Shown: in pieces, positions 46,840 through 58,457 of the stretch | How positions within the stretch are numbered: position 1 is the stretch's first letter | Layout: every line of letters begins with the position of its first letter | NCBI RefSeq assembly: GCF_036971445.1 | Contig: NC_091473.1 | Location: 205,030,377 to 205,094,376, forward strand | From: Narcine bancroftii | Taxonomy: Eukaryota | Length of the DNA: 64,000 bases | Reading direction: 5' to 3' | Translations under genes and position numbers: made by a program | The notes under the pieces: model-generated | Database searches by the model: none | Told to the model about the DNA's origin: nothing | The model's input: only the letters and a program-made list of their open reading frames with translations

Positions 46840-48035
46840 CCACCTGATGAAAAAATTAGGATGAACCATAAGTCAAGGCCGAGTGGATTTAATTTACAAG
46901 GAGGGACAGGTGATCCGGGCCACTCAGCTCTCCGCCCATCTTTGGTGGAATATTTGTAAGGGATGGTCCCCTAAAGCTAACACTCCACCCAATCGTCAGT
47001 ATGATTATGAACTACTCCTTGCAGATGATGCCGCTTTAGTTGCCCATTCAGAGACAGCTCTCCAGCCCATGACGTCCTGTTTTGCGGAAAGTGCCAAAAT
47101 GTTTGGCATGGAAGTCAGCCTGAAGAAAACTGAGGTCCTCCATCAGCCAGCTCCCCACCATGACCACCAGCCCCCCCACATGTCCATCGGGCACACTGAA
47201 CTCAAAATGGTCAACCAGTTGATCTACCTTGGCTGCACCATTTCATCTGATGCAAGGATCGACAAAGAGATAGACAACAGACTCGCCAAGGCAAATAGCG
47301 CCTTTGAAAAACTGCACAAAAGAGTCTGGAAAAACAACCACCTGAAGAAACACACAAAGATCAGCGTGTACAGAGCCATTGTCATAACCACACTCCTGTT
47401 CGGCTCCGAATCATGGGTCCTCTACCGGCATCACCTACGGCTCCTAGAACGATTCCATCAGCGCTGTCTCCGCTCCATCCTCAATATTCATTGGAATGAC
47501 TTCATCACCAACATCGAAGTACTCGAGCTGGCAGTGTCTGCAAGCATCAAATCCATGATGCTGAAGACCCAACTGCGCTGGGTGGGTCACGTCTCCAGAA
47601 CAGAGGACCATCGCCTTCCCAAGATCGTGTTCTATGGCGAGCTCTCCACTGGCCACCGAGACAGAGGTGCACCAAAGAAGAGGTACGAGGACTGCCTAAA
47701 GAAATCTCTTGGTGCCTGCCACATTGACCACCACCAGTGGGCTGATATCGCCTCCAACCATGCATCTTGGTGCCTCACAGTTTGGCGGGCAGCAACCTCC
47801 TTTGAAGAAGACTGCAGAGCCCATCTCACTGACAAAAGACAAAGGAGGAAAAACCCAACACCCAACCCAAATCAACCAATTTTCCCTTGCAACCGCTGCA
47901 ACCGTGCCTGCCTGTCCCGCATCGGACTCGTCAGTCACCAACGAGCCTGAAGCAGACGTGGACATACCCCTCCATAAATCTTTGTCCGCGAAGCCAAGCC
48001 AAAGAAGAAAGAAGAACTGTTACTCCTGATTATAT
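46840..48035 (+). mobile_element. LINE-B 3' part, copy 2 (the same family as 19236-19860). It has the RT C-terminal half plus tail and ends in gccaagccaaagaagaaagaag.
   Basis: ORF 46883-47950 contains LLLADDAALVAHSETALQ (RT FADD-type motif), RLLERFHQRCLRSILNIHWNDFITNIEVLE, LRWVGHVSRTEDHRLPKIVFYGEL and CNRCNRACLSRIGLVSHQRA. It is 90 percent-level identical to 19240-19764 by eye. Confidence 0.75.
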
Positions 48036-48288
48036 GCCTATGGATAAGACTTAAGTGGCTGATATGGCAGGTAGAGAAGACTGAAAGAAAGGTACAATAC
48101 AAGTTGTTAAAGGTGGCTGAAAGTGCTAGAAGGGGAGAAGGAGAAAAGGACACATTTATTTAGTGGAGTTAGGTATGGGATGTTGATCTCTGGATCAACA
48201 AGGAGGAAACTGTGAAGGAAAATGTGAACACAAAGGGTTAAGGGTTCACTCATAAGTTGCTTACAAGAACATACAAGAGTCAGTTGCA

Positions 48289-49722
48289 GGGAGTCACGTG
48301 ATGGAGTAGTGGCCGGTCGGGGAACTCCAGCCCTCTCCGGAAAAGTTTTAAAAAAACACAGAAAACACAAAGGCACAAACATAAAACTTAAAATAAAGTG
48401 AAAGTAAAGGTGGGAAGAAAATGGCAACGAAGAAAGAAAAGTCGAAAGCAAAGGGAAGAAGAGAAGAAGAAAGGACGTCGGAAGAAGAAGGTGAAGGCCT
48501 TACCTGTCCGAGGAGGCCCGCCGCGGAGAGAGAAGCCCGCTCCCTAAGGTCAGTCGAAGTCCCGAGCTCGGGACTACAAAAATGGCTCGCGGAGCCAAGT
48601 AAAAGTGCGCAACCGCGCATGTGCGATGCGCATGACAAAAAAAACGCTGACGGGAGGGGGGACCAGCTGAGGAGTCGATCTCCACAGCTGAGAATGACAG
48701 CTACAACACAACAACAGGAAGAGAACATAGAAAACAATGAGAACAAGAAAGAAGAGAGTAAAAAGAAAACAAGGAAACAACAGATGACCAACCCAGAGGA
48801 AGAAGAAGAAGAAGAAGATAGAGAAATGGAAGAAGAAGGGAAAGGCAAGACAATGGATATATATTTTTTTAAAGAATATATGGAATCAGTAAAAGAATGG
48901 CAATCACAAGAATTTAGTGAAATAAAAAGAATTAAAAGTGCAGAAGAAAAAATGAATAGATTAGAGATGGTCATGTCAGATATAGGAAAAAGAGTGGACA
49001 AGGTGGAAGAACGAGAAACAGCCGTAGAAATGGAAGTAGAGGACTTAAAAAAGAAATTAGAAGAATCTAATAAAAAAGTTAAAGAGACACAAGAACTGTT
49101 AGCTCAGAAGATAGATATAATGGAAAATTATAATAGAAGAAATAATATAAAGATAGTGGGCCTTAAGGAAGATGAAGAAGGCAAGAATATGAGAGAATTT
49201 ATAAAAGATTGGATCCCCAGGGTCCGAGGAAGACCAGAATTACAGGAAGAAATGGAAATAGAAAGGGCACATAGCCCCGAAACCACAGCCACTACAAAAA
49301 CCAAGATCCATTTTAGTAAAATTCCAAAGATATACAACGAGAGAAAATATATTGGAGAAAGCAATGAAGAAATTAAAAGAGGAGTCGTGCATGCGCGGTT
49401 GCGCACTTTTGCTTGGCTCCGCGAGCCATTTTTGTAGTCCCGAGCTCGGGACTTCGACTGACCTGAGGGAGCGGGCTTCTCACTCCACAGCGGGCCTCCT
49501 CGGACAGGTAAGGCCTTAACCTTCTTCTTCCGATGTCTTTTCTTCTTCTCTTCTTCCCGTTGCTTTCGACTTTTCTTTCATCGCTGCCATTTTCTTCCCA
49601 CCTTTACTTTCACTTTATTTTAATTTTTGTGTTTGTGCCTTTGTGTTTTCTGTGTTTTTTTAAAACTTTTCCAGAGAGGGCTGGAGTTCCCCGATCGGCC
49701 ACTACTCCATCACGTGACTCCT
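48289..49722. mobile_element. L1-like copy 3, a head-to-head palindromic structure. The plus arm (48289-49385) has the 5'UTR and ORF1 to about codon 310. The minus arm (49386-49722) is an inverted copy of element positions 1-350. Both arms end at the exact element 5' terminus GGAGTCACGTG. Neither arm has ORF2 or a tail.
   Basis: 48289 reads gggagtcacgtgatggagtagtggccggtcggggaactccagccctctcc. 49680-49722 reads ggctggagttccccgatcggccactactccatcacgtgactcc, its reverse complement. The sequence 49390-49470 is the reverse complement of 48548-48640. Confidence 0.75.
48421..49437 (+). CDS. L1-like ORF1p of copy 3 (338 aa as read). The C-terminus is replaced by readthrough into the inverted arm.
   Basis: Provided ORF. 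It is colinear with copy 2 ORF1 up to EMEIERAH and then diverges. Confidence 0.65.
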   Translation: MATKKEKSKAKGRREEERTSEEEGEGLTCPRRPAAEREARSLRSVEVPSSGLQKWLAEPSKSAQPRMCDAHDKKNADGRGDQLRSRSPQLRMTATTQQQEENIENNENKKEESKKKTRKQQMTNPEEEEEEEDREMEEEGKGKTMDIYFFKEYMESVKEWQSQEFSEIKRIKSAEEKMNRLEMVMSDIGKRVDKVEERETAVEMEVEDLKKKLEESNKKVKETQELLAQKIDIMENYNRRNNIKIVGLKEDEEGKNMREFIKDWIPRVRGRPELQEEMEIERAHSPETTATTKTKIHFSKIPKIYNERKYIGESNEEIKRGVVHARLRTFAWLREPFL

Positions 49723-50555
49723 CCCCGGGTCTCCATCTTGACAGCATATTACAGGAGCACAACGGAGTGTCCGGTATGGGCGCAGCGCACACGCGGGATG
49801 GTTGCTCCCAAGCATCAGACTGGAGTACAGAGGTTCATCAAAAGGCAGCAAACATCACCGGGATTTCCCTTTCCTCCTACTGATGGGAGCTTTGCTGAAA
49901 TAGGGCTCCAAGAATTATTGAGGACCCTTTCCATCCAGCATACAATATCTTTGACCCACTGCCATCAGGAAGGAGGAACAAAATCAGGGCTGCCAGGCTG
50001 GGGAATGGCTTCTCCCCACAGGCTGTGGCATTCATCAAGCCAAAATATTAATATATTTAAATGATCTCTTAACGGGATTATTATGTGCTGTGTACTGTGT
50101 GTGCGCCGTGGTCCGGAGAATGTCACCTCCTTCTGAGTAATCAGATGAACTCCCGACAACAGCCATGTCAAAGACCGCTCTGCCCGCAGCCGGGAAACAT
50201 GCAGCGGTCACTCAGGAGGGTGTCCGACTCTCAGCTGAATATCACATGGTGGAGTTCGGAAATGCAGAGCTGCACCTCCCAGGAGAAGATGACTAATAAC
50301 CGGAGGAAGAAGCATGGCACCTTCATTGAAGTGTGGCCACCGACCCTGAGGGTCAGAGGGGTACAGATATGATCTATACCCCTTCCCCCTTCAGGAAAAA
50401 AAAATTCAGACACAAACTCTCCTGACAGATGAAGAAAGAAGAGACTAAATTAAGGTTGTGGTACAGGCAACCTGTGTTTTAATTTTCAGTCTTTAATTTT
50501 AATTTTTAGTTTTATTTTTCCTTTTATGGTTTATTTAGTATCTGGGGAAGGGGGA

Positions 50556-50560
50556 AAATA

Positions 50561-50628
<68 letters not shown>
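50556..50628. repeat. (GT)n microsatellite.
   Basis: Read directly. Confidence 0.95.
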
Positions 50629-50633
<5 letters not shown>

Positions 50634-50639
50634 AATGTC

Positions 50640-51290
50640 TTACATTGTTTGTATATATTTGCTTGAGTTTTTTAAAAAATAAAATATAAAAAAAAACATT
50701 GATGTAAACTTCCTCTGCACACTTTGAATCCTCTCTGTAGTTTGATGACCAGAACTGCATAATACTCCAAATTTGGCCTCACCAATGTCTTAAATAACTT
50801 TACTATGCGATCCTGCACTCAGTACTTTGATTTATGAAGGTCAATGTGCCAAAAACTCCCTTTACAACCCTATCCACCTTTGATGCCACTTTCAGTGAAT
50901 TATTTAGCTATATTCCCAGATCCCTCTGTCTGCACTCCTCAGTATCCTACCATATACAGTGCATGTCCTACCTTGCTTTGTCTTTCCAAATTGCAACACC
51001 TCATATTTGTCTGCATGAAATTCCATCTGCCATTTTGCATTCTATTTTTCCAGCTGGTTCAGTTCCCTCTGCAAGCTTTGAAAACCTTCCTCACTGTCCA
51101 CTCCACCTCCAGTCTTAGTGTCATCCTCAAATTGGCTGATCCAAATCCCCACATTATCCTCCAGATAACATTTATAGAGGACAAACAGCAGTGGGCCCAG
51201 CACCAATCCCTGAGGCCACACCACTAGTTACAGGTCTGCAGTGTGAGAGGCATCATCCACTCCACCTCTCTGCTTTCTCCAGTAAAGCCA
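50640..51290 (-). mobile_element. CR1/L2-like LINE-A fragment (RT C-terminal part).
   Basis: Minus-strand translation gives GVPQGLVLGPLLFVLY...FEDDTKTGGGVDSEEGFQSLQRELNQLEK.NAKWQMEFHADKYEVLQFG...VKLFKTLV. It parallels 21960-22440 of the LINE-A ORF. Confidence 0.65.
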
Positions 51291-51295
51291 ATGTC

Positions 51296-51440
51296 TAATC
51301 CAGTGGTTTTTAATCATTTTTCTTTCCACTCACATCCCACTTTGAGTAATCCCTCTGCCATCGGTGCTCTGTGATTAGTAAGGGATTGCTTAAGGTGGGA
51401 TGTGGGTGGAAAGAAAAAGTTTGAAAACCACTGTTTAATC
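51296..51440. mobile_element. MITE-like foldback element, copy a (~60 bp inverted arms).
   Basis: ccagtggtttttaatcatttttctttccactcacatcccactttgagtaatccc is the inverted repeat of gggattgcttaaggtgggatgtgggtggaaagaaaaagtttgaaaaccactg. Confidence 0.55.
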
Positions 51441-51544
51441 GTCCCTCATTGACTTGTTATGTGCACAGTTTCTTAACTCCAATGGGCCAATGACCATTTT
51501 TCCCAAGAAACATATTTCAGTAACAACTGGGTCTAGAGCAGTGG

Positions 51545-51690
51545 TTCTCAACCTTCCCTTCCCACCCACATCCACCTTAAGCAATCCCTTACTCATCAGA
51601 GAGCAAAGATGGCAGAGGGATTACTTAAAGAAGGATGTAAATGGAAAGAAAAAGATTGAGAACCATTGGTCTAACCCGATTCGTTCCCTC
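51545..51690. mobile_element. MITE-like foldback element, copy b (the same family as 51296-51440).
   Basis: cagtggttctcaaccttcccttcccacccacatccaccttaagcaatccc is the inverted repeat of gggattacttaaagaaggatgtaaatggaaagaaaaagattgagaaccattg. Confidence 0.55.
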
Positions 51691-52324
51691 CTCCTGACTA
51701 CCAAGTGAGTGAGCAGTCTTGGTGCCTCCCTCCTCTCCCACCCACCCCTCCCTCCTTGACCCTTGACGGAGGACGGGGTTGGGGGGCCACTAACCAGGCT
51801 CCAACCTCAGACCGCGCCCTGCTCCAAGCTTAAGGTTTGGTAAAGTGAAGGGCGGGGGGGGGGGTGAATGTGGGGTGTGAAGGGAGGGGTGCCCATGGAT
51901 AAGGAATCTGGGTCCTGTTGCCTGGTCAGCTTCACTGGTGGTGCGACAGGAACCCCAGGTTAGCCTGTGCTCTTCTTCATGTAAGTTATGGGGAAAGATT
52001 GGAGCGAGGGATTATTCTCCTGGTGCGTAGAATCTGAGAGGATTGGGGGGGGCCCCTTACAGTTTATAAAATCAGGAGGGGCATGGATAGGGTGGCCAGT
52101 CACAGTCTTTTACTCCCAAAGTGGGGAGAGAAGACTGTGGGTGTCCAGTCCCCATTGGGATTCACTCCCCGGTGAGGTAAGAGGGTGACACACCACCGGG
52201 TAGAAGATGGAGAATATTACTCCCCCCTTCCCCGGAGGGCACCATGGGGGGAAGACACGGTGGTCGCGGCCCCAGGGGTGAAGATGGAGTGGTTCCCAGC
52301 TCCGGCCGAGAACTTGGGACGGCA

Positions 52325-52590
52325 GGGATAAGTGGGGCCTGCTTATTAAATTTAGACACACAGCACGGTAACAGGCCATTTCAGCCCACGAGTCCGTGTC
52401 GTCAAATTTACACCAAATTAACCTACACGCCTGGTACATTTCAAACGGTGGGAGGAAACCGGAGCCCCCGGTGAAAACCCATGCAGACACTAGAAGAACG
52501 TACAAACTTCTTACAGACAGCATGGGATTCAAATCCTGCTCCCGATTGCTGGTGCTGTTACGGTGTTGCGCCAACCGCCACATCAACAAT
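52325..52590 (-). mobile_element. SINE copy 3, full length with tRNA-like head, in inverse orientation.
   Basis: The plus strand reads ...acagcacggtaacaggccatttcagcccacgagtccgtg...ggaggaaaccggagcccccggtgaaaacccatgcagacac...gattcaaatcctgctcccgattgctggtgctgttacggtgttgcgccaaccgccac. This is the reverse complement of the SINE at 25541-25800. Confidence 0.7.
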
Positions 52591-52672
52591 GCCACCCTGA
52601 TTTTCATCGAGTCTCTCGAATGGCTTTTAGGGGAGGGAGAGGGGAATGGTGGGGAGGCTGTAAGTCACCTAC

Positions 52673-52900
52673 CTGGGCTTGCTGACGGGATGTTGCTGTT
52701 TATTGGCCCACCGGATGAGGCGGAATCCTGCTGCGTTCGGCCTGATCCTGGGCCCCAGCAGGGATTGGGCCTGCTGGGCCACAGGGGAGGAGTCCTCCTG
52801 GTTCAGGGCGGTCTGCCAGAAGAGTAGCGGGTCCCGGAAGAAGAGGTGCCAGTGCAAGGAGATGAAGTCCCGGATGGGCATGGCGGAGTCGGGGAGAGGT
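52673..52900 (-). CDS. Host-gene linker exon candidate. Translation is ...MPIRDFISLHWHLFFRDPLLFWQTALNQEDSSPVAQQAQSLLGPRIRPNAAGFRLIRWANKQQHPVSKP(R). Donor ag|gtaggtgac.
   Basis: Open frame and a strong donor. The 5' boundary is unresolved because all three frames are open in this G-rich stretch. Confidence 0.4.
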
Positions 52901-53447
52901 CCATCCATCCTCCCCTCCCCCTTCTCCCCTCTGTGGAGTGCGGGGCCTGAGAGGGACAGGTGATACAGGGGTGGGGGAGGGGAAAAAGGAAATCAGGGAA
53001 GATGAAGAGGTTCGCACCCGCAGGGGAAGATGGAAGGGGTCGCACCCTGGGTGGGGTGGAAAACAGAAGTGGTCACACCCTAGGGGGGAAGACAGAAGGG
53101 GTTACACCCTTGGCGGTGGGGAGATGGAAGGGGTCACACACCAGAAAGGAAGACGGAAAGGGGGAGGAGGAAGGGATTCCACCTTAGGGGAAGAGGGGGG
53201 GGTCGCTCTCCTGCTGGGGCTAGGATGGGAGAGGGTCTGGCTGCCATTGGGGTTCATGCTCTGAAGGAAGAAGAGGTATGTGCCCCCGGGGGGAAATAGA
53301 GGGAGTCGCCCCCAAGGGGGGAGAATATGGTGGATGGTCACGGCCACTGGGGGTGCAGATGGATGGAGTTGCGCCCCGGGGGGGGAAAGACAGATAGCAT
53401 CGCACGGCCTGTGGGGGTAGAGGGGATCGCGAGTCTCACCACACAGA

Positions 53448-53556
53448 GCGAAGGCTGCTCCTAGCTGGGGCAGCATTCTCAGCCTGAGGTGGAGCCAGGA
53501 GAAACGTAGATCGAGCAAGAGGGACTGAAGCCGGGGGGACTCCCCTGCCTTCACCT
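53448..53556 (-). CDS. Host-gene exon. Translation is VKAGESPRLQSLLLDLRFSWLHLRLRMLPQLGAAFALCG. Acceptor cccccag, donor gtgagac.
   Basis: Both splice sites were read directly. Confidence 0.45.
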
Positions 53557-53877
53557 GGGGGGTGGAGTAGGTGTGGGATGGGAAAGGGAAGACATGGGGT
53601 GAGGCAGTGGGAGAGACGGGAAGGAACGGAGAGTGGAGGAGTGGAGACAAATGAAGATGAATATAAACAAACTAGCATTAACCTCCATGGTGCCTCCCCC
53701 TCTCCTATTCCCCATCTTCCCTTCCACCCCATCGCCTTCCTCATTCTATCCTCTGCCCGTTCCACCCACTCCCTGTCCCATTCTCACCCTCCCCATCCTC
53801 CTTCCCCATTCCATCCCCCTCCACATACTCCCCTCGCCACCTCCTTTGACCCACTTGGTGATCTGACCCCTGCCCCT

Positions 53878-54480
53878 TCCACACACACACACACACACAC
53901 ACACACTCTTCTTCCCCACCCTCCCTTCCCCACCCATAGACGGTTTTTGCTGAGGTACCAACAGGCACACACACTGCCTATGTGCGTGTGCACACTCACA
54001 AACTTGCACACATATGCCTGCATATACGCACAGACACACACACAGACATGCACCTGTGTGCCTGGACACAGGCACAGAAACACACTCATACACAAAGTAC
54101 AGAGCCTGCGCATATGGTACACAGCCACGTGTGCCCAACTACATGCACGGATACACAGGCTCCTGCACAAAAGGACACACACATAAACACCCCTATTCAC
54201 ACAGGCACACATAGTACCTGTACAGAAAGACACATGCACTTCCACACAGATATACTCACTAGCAGCGTGTGCACACACTAAAACATTTGCACAAGCACAC
54301 ACTCACATGCCACCTGTGCACATAGACACACACATGCATGCATACATACATACTGCCTGCGTGCACACAGTCACACACACACAAATACCACTTGCACACA
54401 CACACACACACAGACGCTCTCCTGCATAGACACAGAGACGTGGTCTTCCGAACACACATGCAGCCATGCGTGCTCCTGCA
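53878..54480. repeat. (CA)n microsatellite (53878-53906) followed by a degenerate CA-rich cryptic simple sequence.
   Basis: cacacacacacacacacacacacac, then a cacaca/catgca-rich stretch. The overlapping ORFs (C/V/H-rich) are artefacts. Confidence 0.8.
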
Positions 54481-54764
54481 CACAGAGCAGATGCCAATAC
54501 CAGGTGCAGGGGGAGGTCGGCAAGAGCCTCAGGGTCGGGCTGAAAGAAGGTCCGGTCGCCAGAAGGGTCAGTCAGCCTCCATAGGTGGGCTGTTGGAAGA
54601 AAGACATCGCATCAACTCAGTGTCCCAGGCCGGGGTGGGGAGGAGGGGGTAAGTGCAATGGATCGTGAGCCCATGGGGGTAAAATGGGATCCCTCAACCC
54701 TCACCAGTGGACGTCTCGTGCTCCATTCGCACCACCCCCTCCCGAGACAGTGAAAAGCACTCAC

Positions 54765-54967
54765 CAGCCAACAGCAGATGGCATAGACGTGACTTGATCT
54801 CCCTCTGAGAACCAATCGCGGTGCGTGACCCACTCCCAATCCCGGACCATCTCCTGATCTTGGTCTCGTCACGGAGGTAACGCTGATCAACAGCTCGACG
54901 AAGCAGTATAGAGGTCAGGCGCAGGCGAGAGGTGGTAGTGTCCGCAGGTCTCCACATCCCAGTCACA
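54765..54967 (-). CDS. Host-gene exon. Translation is (C)VTGMWRPADTTTSRLRLTSILLRRAVDQRYLRDETKIRRWSGIGSGSRTAIGSQREIKSRLCHLLLAG. Acceptor ccctgcag, donor gtgagtgc.
   Basis: Strong splice sites. Confidence 0.5.
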
Positions 54968-55912
54968 CTGCAGGGTGGGTAGGGAGGGGGAGAGAGAAGA
55001 GAGGGGAAAGAGGGGTAAAGGAGGTGAGGGGGAAGAGAGAGAGAAGGGGGGAAGAAAGGGGGAAAGAGATGGGGAGAGAGGGGGAGGCAGCAGGGAGAAA
55101 GGGCAAATGGGAAAGGGGGGCAGGGGGGAAAAAGGGGAGAGAGAAGGGAGAAAGGGGAGGGGGAGAGAAGAGGGAGAGGGGGGAGAGGAGGGAGAGAGCA
55201 GGGGGAAAGACCAGGGGAGGGGGAAGAGTTTGGGGGTAGAGTTCAGGGGGGGGGAGAGAGAAATTTGGGAGAGGGAGAGAGAGTGGGAGAGAATGGAGAA
55301 CAGGTAGAGAGTAGAGGAGTGGAGAGGGGGGATTTGAGAAGGGGGGTGAAGGGGAGACGGGTGAGACGGCGGTAAAGTGGAGGGCAGAGAGAGGGGAGGG
55401 ACCTCCTCCCGTCTCCCCCACCCATCTCCCTCCCTCCCTCTCCTCAATGCCTCCCTGCATCCCTCCCCATCGAGCCACCATCCATTCCCTCTCCCCACTC
55501 TCTTCCTCCCCATCTCCCAACACCCTCCCGCCCACCCTCCTCCCCACTACCCCCTCCCATCTCTTCACTCTCCATTTCACCACAATCTCTACCTTGTCTC
55601 CCCATACCCTCCCCATCGCCTGCCCTAACCCATCATTCTCTGTTCCCATTCCCATCTTCCTCTCCCTCCCCCATATCCAGTCTCCTCACTCCCTCTCCCT
55701 CCCTCTCATCCTCTCCTACCTCCCGCCTTCTCTCCACTCTCCCACCCATTCCCCAATTCCTCCCGTCTCCCTCCCATCTCCCTGCCCACCCCTCAGACTG
55801 CCTCAGTGTCATGGATTCCCTGACCCTCTCTTTCTCCACTGATCTGGACACAATTCCCCACACCCATAGCCCATCACACGTCAGGCCCAGGACCAGGGGA
55901 GGGCTAGGGTTA

Positions 55913-56074
55913 CCTCTCCAGGCCTCGCAGCAGACGGGCGAATGTTGCCATGGAGATGGGGCTGCTGGGCTGAAGTGTCTCCCTCATCACTTCATTCCAA
56001 TGTGGAAGCGGTTCCGCCCCATGCAGGCTCCAGTGGGTGCATAGGATGGCGTATAGGTCTCCCTCTCGCAAGCC
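55913..56074 (-). CDS. Host-gene exon. Translation is ...LYAILCTHWSLHGAEPLPHWNEVMRETLQPSSPISMATFARLLRGLE. Acceptor aatgacag, donor gtaaccc.
   Basis: Splice sites and open frame were read directly. Confidence 0.45.
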
Positions 56075-56229
56075 TGTCATTCAGTGGTGGGTTGTCGTGG
56101 GGAGAGGAGGGAGATATTGTGAAAAGGTGGAATTGGAAGGTGAGATGATCTCCTTGACTATGGCTAGGAATCCAACTTCAACGGCGAGGTTATAGAAGTG
56201 GAAAGAGATGGAGGCCATGAATGGTTGCA

Positions 56230-56810
56230 CCCCCCCCCCCCCCCCCCCACTCTCCTGTGGTTGTGTGATGGGACGGTGTGGAGGGAGATTCACTGTGTCT
56301 GTCGCTGGGCGGGTGTGACAGGTCGGTGCAGAGGGAGCTTCAGTCCGTGTCCTTCTTTGGGAGTATGTGACAGGATGGTGCGGAGGGAGCTTCACTCTGT
56401 GTCTGTCCCCGGGAGTATATGACGGGATGGTGCAGAGGGAGCTTCACTCTGTGCCTGTCCTTGGAGTGTGTGACGGTACAGTGTGGAGGGAGATTCACTG
56501 TGTGTCTGTCCCCGGGATTATGTGACGGGATGGTGCGGAGGGAGCTTCACTCTGTGTCTGTCCCCGGGAGTGTTTGATGGGATGGTGCAGAGGGAGCTTC
56601 ACTCGGTTTCTGTCCCCATGACTGTATGATGGGATGGTGCAGAGGGAGCTTCATTCTGTGTCTGTCCCCAGGAATGTGTGACAGGACTGTGCGGAGGGAA
56701 CTTCACTCTGTGTCTGTCCCTGGGAGTGTGTGATGGAACGGTGCGGAGGGAACTTTACTCTGTGTCTGTCCTTGAGAGTGTGTGATGGGATGGTGCGGAG
56801 GGAGCTTCGC
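56230..56810. repeat. Block of the 60-bp satellite family (~9 units) in inverse orientation relative to the 0.76-11.36 kb array. It lies immediately 3' of the exon at 56826-56955.
   Basis: The units gggatggtgcggagggagcttcactctgtgtctgtccccgggagtgtgtgac are the reverse complement of the main satellite unit. Confidence 0.85.
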
Positions 56811-56825
56811 GCATTCCCAGACCTC

Positions 56826-56955
56826 TCTCGTTGATGCTCAGGGAGACCAGGGTGACGTGCACCATCTCTGTTCCAAACTCCTGCTCCAGCTTCCCCAGGA
56901 TTAGCTCCAGCATCTGGTGCAAGGTGGAGGGAATCTCGCGGATCCTCTCAGTAAC
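56826..56955 (-). CDS. Host-gene exon (NACHT-associated helical region). Translation is VTERIREIPSTLHQMLELILGKLEQEFGTEMVHVTLVSLSINE. Acceptor ctgtcccag; the donor is uncertain.
   Basis: The acceptor is strong. The exon runs toward the satellite block, so the 3' boundary is approximate. Confidence 0.5.
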
Positions 56956-57065
56956 CTGGGACAGGAGGGGGACACAGGGTCATCAAATTGAACCCGCTGT
57001 GAGTTGGGGTGGGAGTCCATGGTCAAAGGTCAGGCAAATCACCACCTCCCCCGCCCCCCATTTAC

Positions 57066-57158
57066 CTTCTCAAAGACCCCGAAACTGCGGAGATCCTCCG
57101 AGGCCATCTTCAGGAAGAGCGGCTGGTCCGAGTCCTTCTTCCCCATCAGGAGTCTCAT
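57066..57158 (-). CDS. Host-gene exon. Translation is MRLLMGKKDSDQPLFLKMASEDLRSFGVFEK. Acceptor tcctcacgccag, donor gtaaatgg.
   Basis: Both splice sites are strong. Confidence 0.6.
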
Positions 57159-57846
57159 CTGGCGTGAGGAGACGTGGGAGGGGAAGAGAGGGGAAGTGTA
57201 GGGGAGAGGACAAGAATGGGAGGGGGGGGGCGAGAACAGGAGAGGGAGGGGGTATGGGGGAGAGAGAACGGTAGAGACAGGGGGGGAGGGAGAAAGCACA
57301 AGGGGACAGAATGGGGCGAAGAGAGCAAGGGAGGAAGAGAGAGAGTGAGAGTGAAAAGGGAGAGGGAGGGGGTCAGAAGATGGTGGAGAAGGAGAGGAGT
57401 GGGAGGAGGAGTGAGGGGGAGAGGGAGAATGGGAGAGATGGGGCAAAGGGTGGGAGGGGATGGAGAAAGGGGTTAGAGAGAGGGCAGAGAGAAGCAGGGG
57501 TGGCGAGAGAGATGTTAAAGGTAGTGTAGGGAGGTAAGAGGAACACCCTTGTACGCAGGATCCATACCCTCAGAATGTGGAATACATCCTCCGACTTCCT
57601 CCCCATCCTAACTTTTCTCCCTCCCTCCACCTCCTCCCCGACTACCCTCATATTCCCACCTTTTTCTTGTTCAATTCCCTCTTCACCCTCTATCCCTTCT
57701 TCCTCCACCCCTACTCCTTCCTCCTCCATCCTTCTCTCCCTCCTCTGCCATCCCTACATCCCCCTCTCTCTCCTGACAATCCTCCCTTGCTCCTGTGACA
57801 CGCTCCCTCTCTCCCTGATGCCTCTTAAGGGCAATCCAGTCCAGAC

Positions 57847-58026
57847 CTGGTTGTTGAAGGCCGATTCATCCAGGCGCTTGCCGTAGATGGCCAGACTGCG
57901 GCGTACGACCTCTGACCTGTCCAGACGGTCCAGAGGTCCGAGCTGGAAGGTCACAACCTGCTGATGCTTGGCCAGAACCCGGTGCAGTGGGGAGTCGTCA
58001 GTTACACTGAGCACCACTGTAATGCC
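57847..58026 (-). CDS. NACHT-domain exon. Translation is GITVVLSVTDDSPLHRVLAKHQQVVTFQLGPLDRLDRSEVVRRSLAIYGKRLDESAFNNQ. Acceptor cctacag; donor gtctgg (weak).
   Basis: Strong acceptor and an open frame. The sequence character is typical of the NACHT sensor region. Confidence 0.55.
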
Positions 58027-58457
58027 CTGTAGGTGGGGAGGCAGGACACATACAGGGTCAACTGGTAGGGGAGAGAAAAGGGTGAGGAGGGGAGTTAAAT
58101 GGGGTGGGGGGAAGAGAGGTGGGAGGGGGAACAAGAGGGGGAAGAGAGACGGGAAGGGGAGAGGGGAAAGGGAGGAGGATAAAGTGGGAGAGAGTAGGCG
58201 GGTGGAGGGAAGAGGGGTGGAAAGCAGGGAGGTGGGACAAAGGTTGGAGGCGAGTGACAGAGAGGGAGAGAGGTGGGGAAGAGATGGGAGGATGGAGGGA
58301 GGGGGGAGGGAGGGTAGGGAGGAGATGGGGAGGGGAGAGGAGTCAGAGAGAGGAGAGAGAGCAGGAAAGAGAAGCCAAAGAGAGTGAGAGGAGAGAAGAG
58401 AGAGCGGGAAATAGAGGGGAGGGCGAGGTGAAAAAAGAAAGAGAGACTGAGACTTAC

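Noticed and set aside
53980-54480. A cluster of C/H/V/T-rich ORFs (54259-54483, 53982-54281 and others).
   Set aside because: They are translations of the degenerate CA-rich simple sequence.
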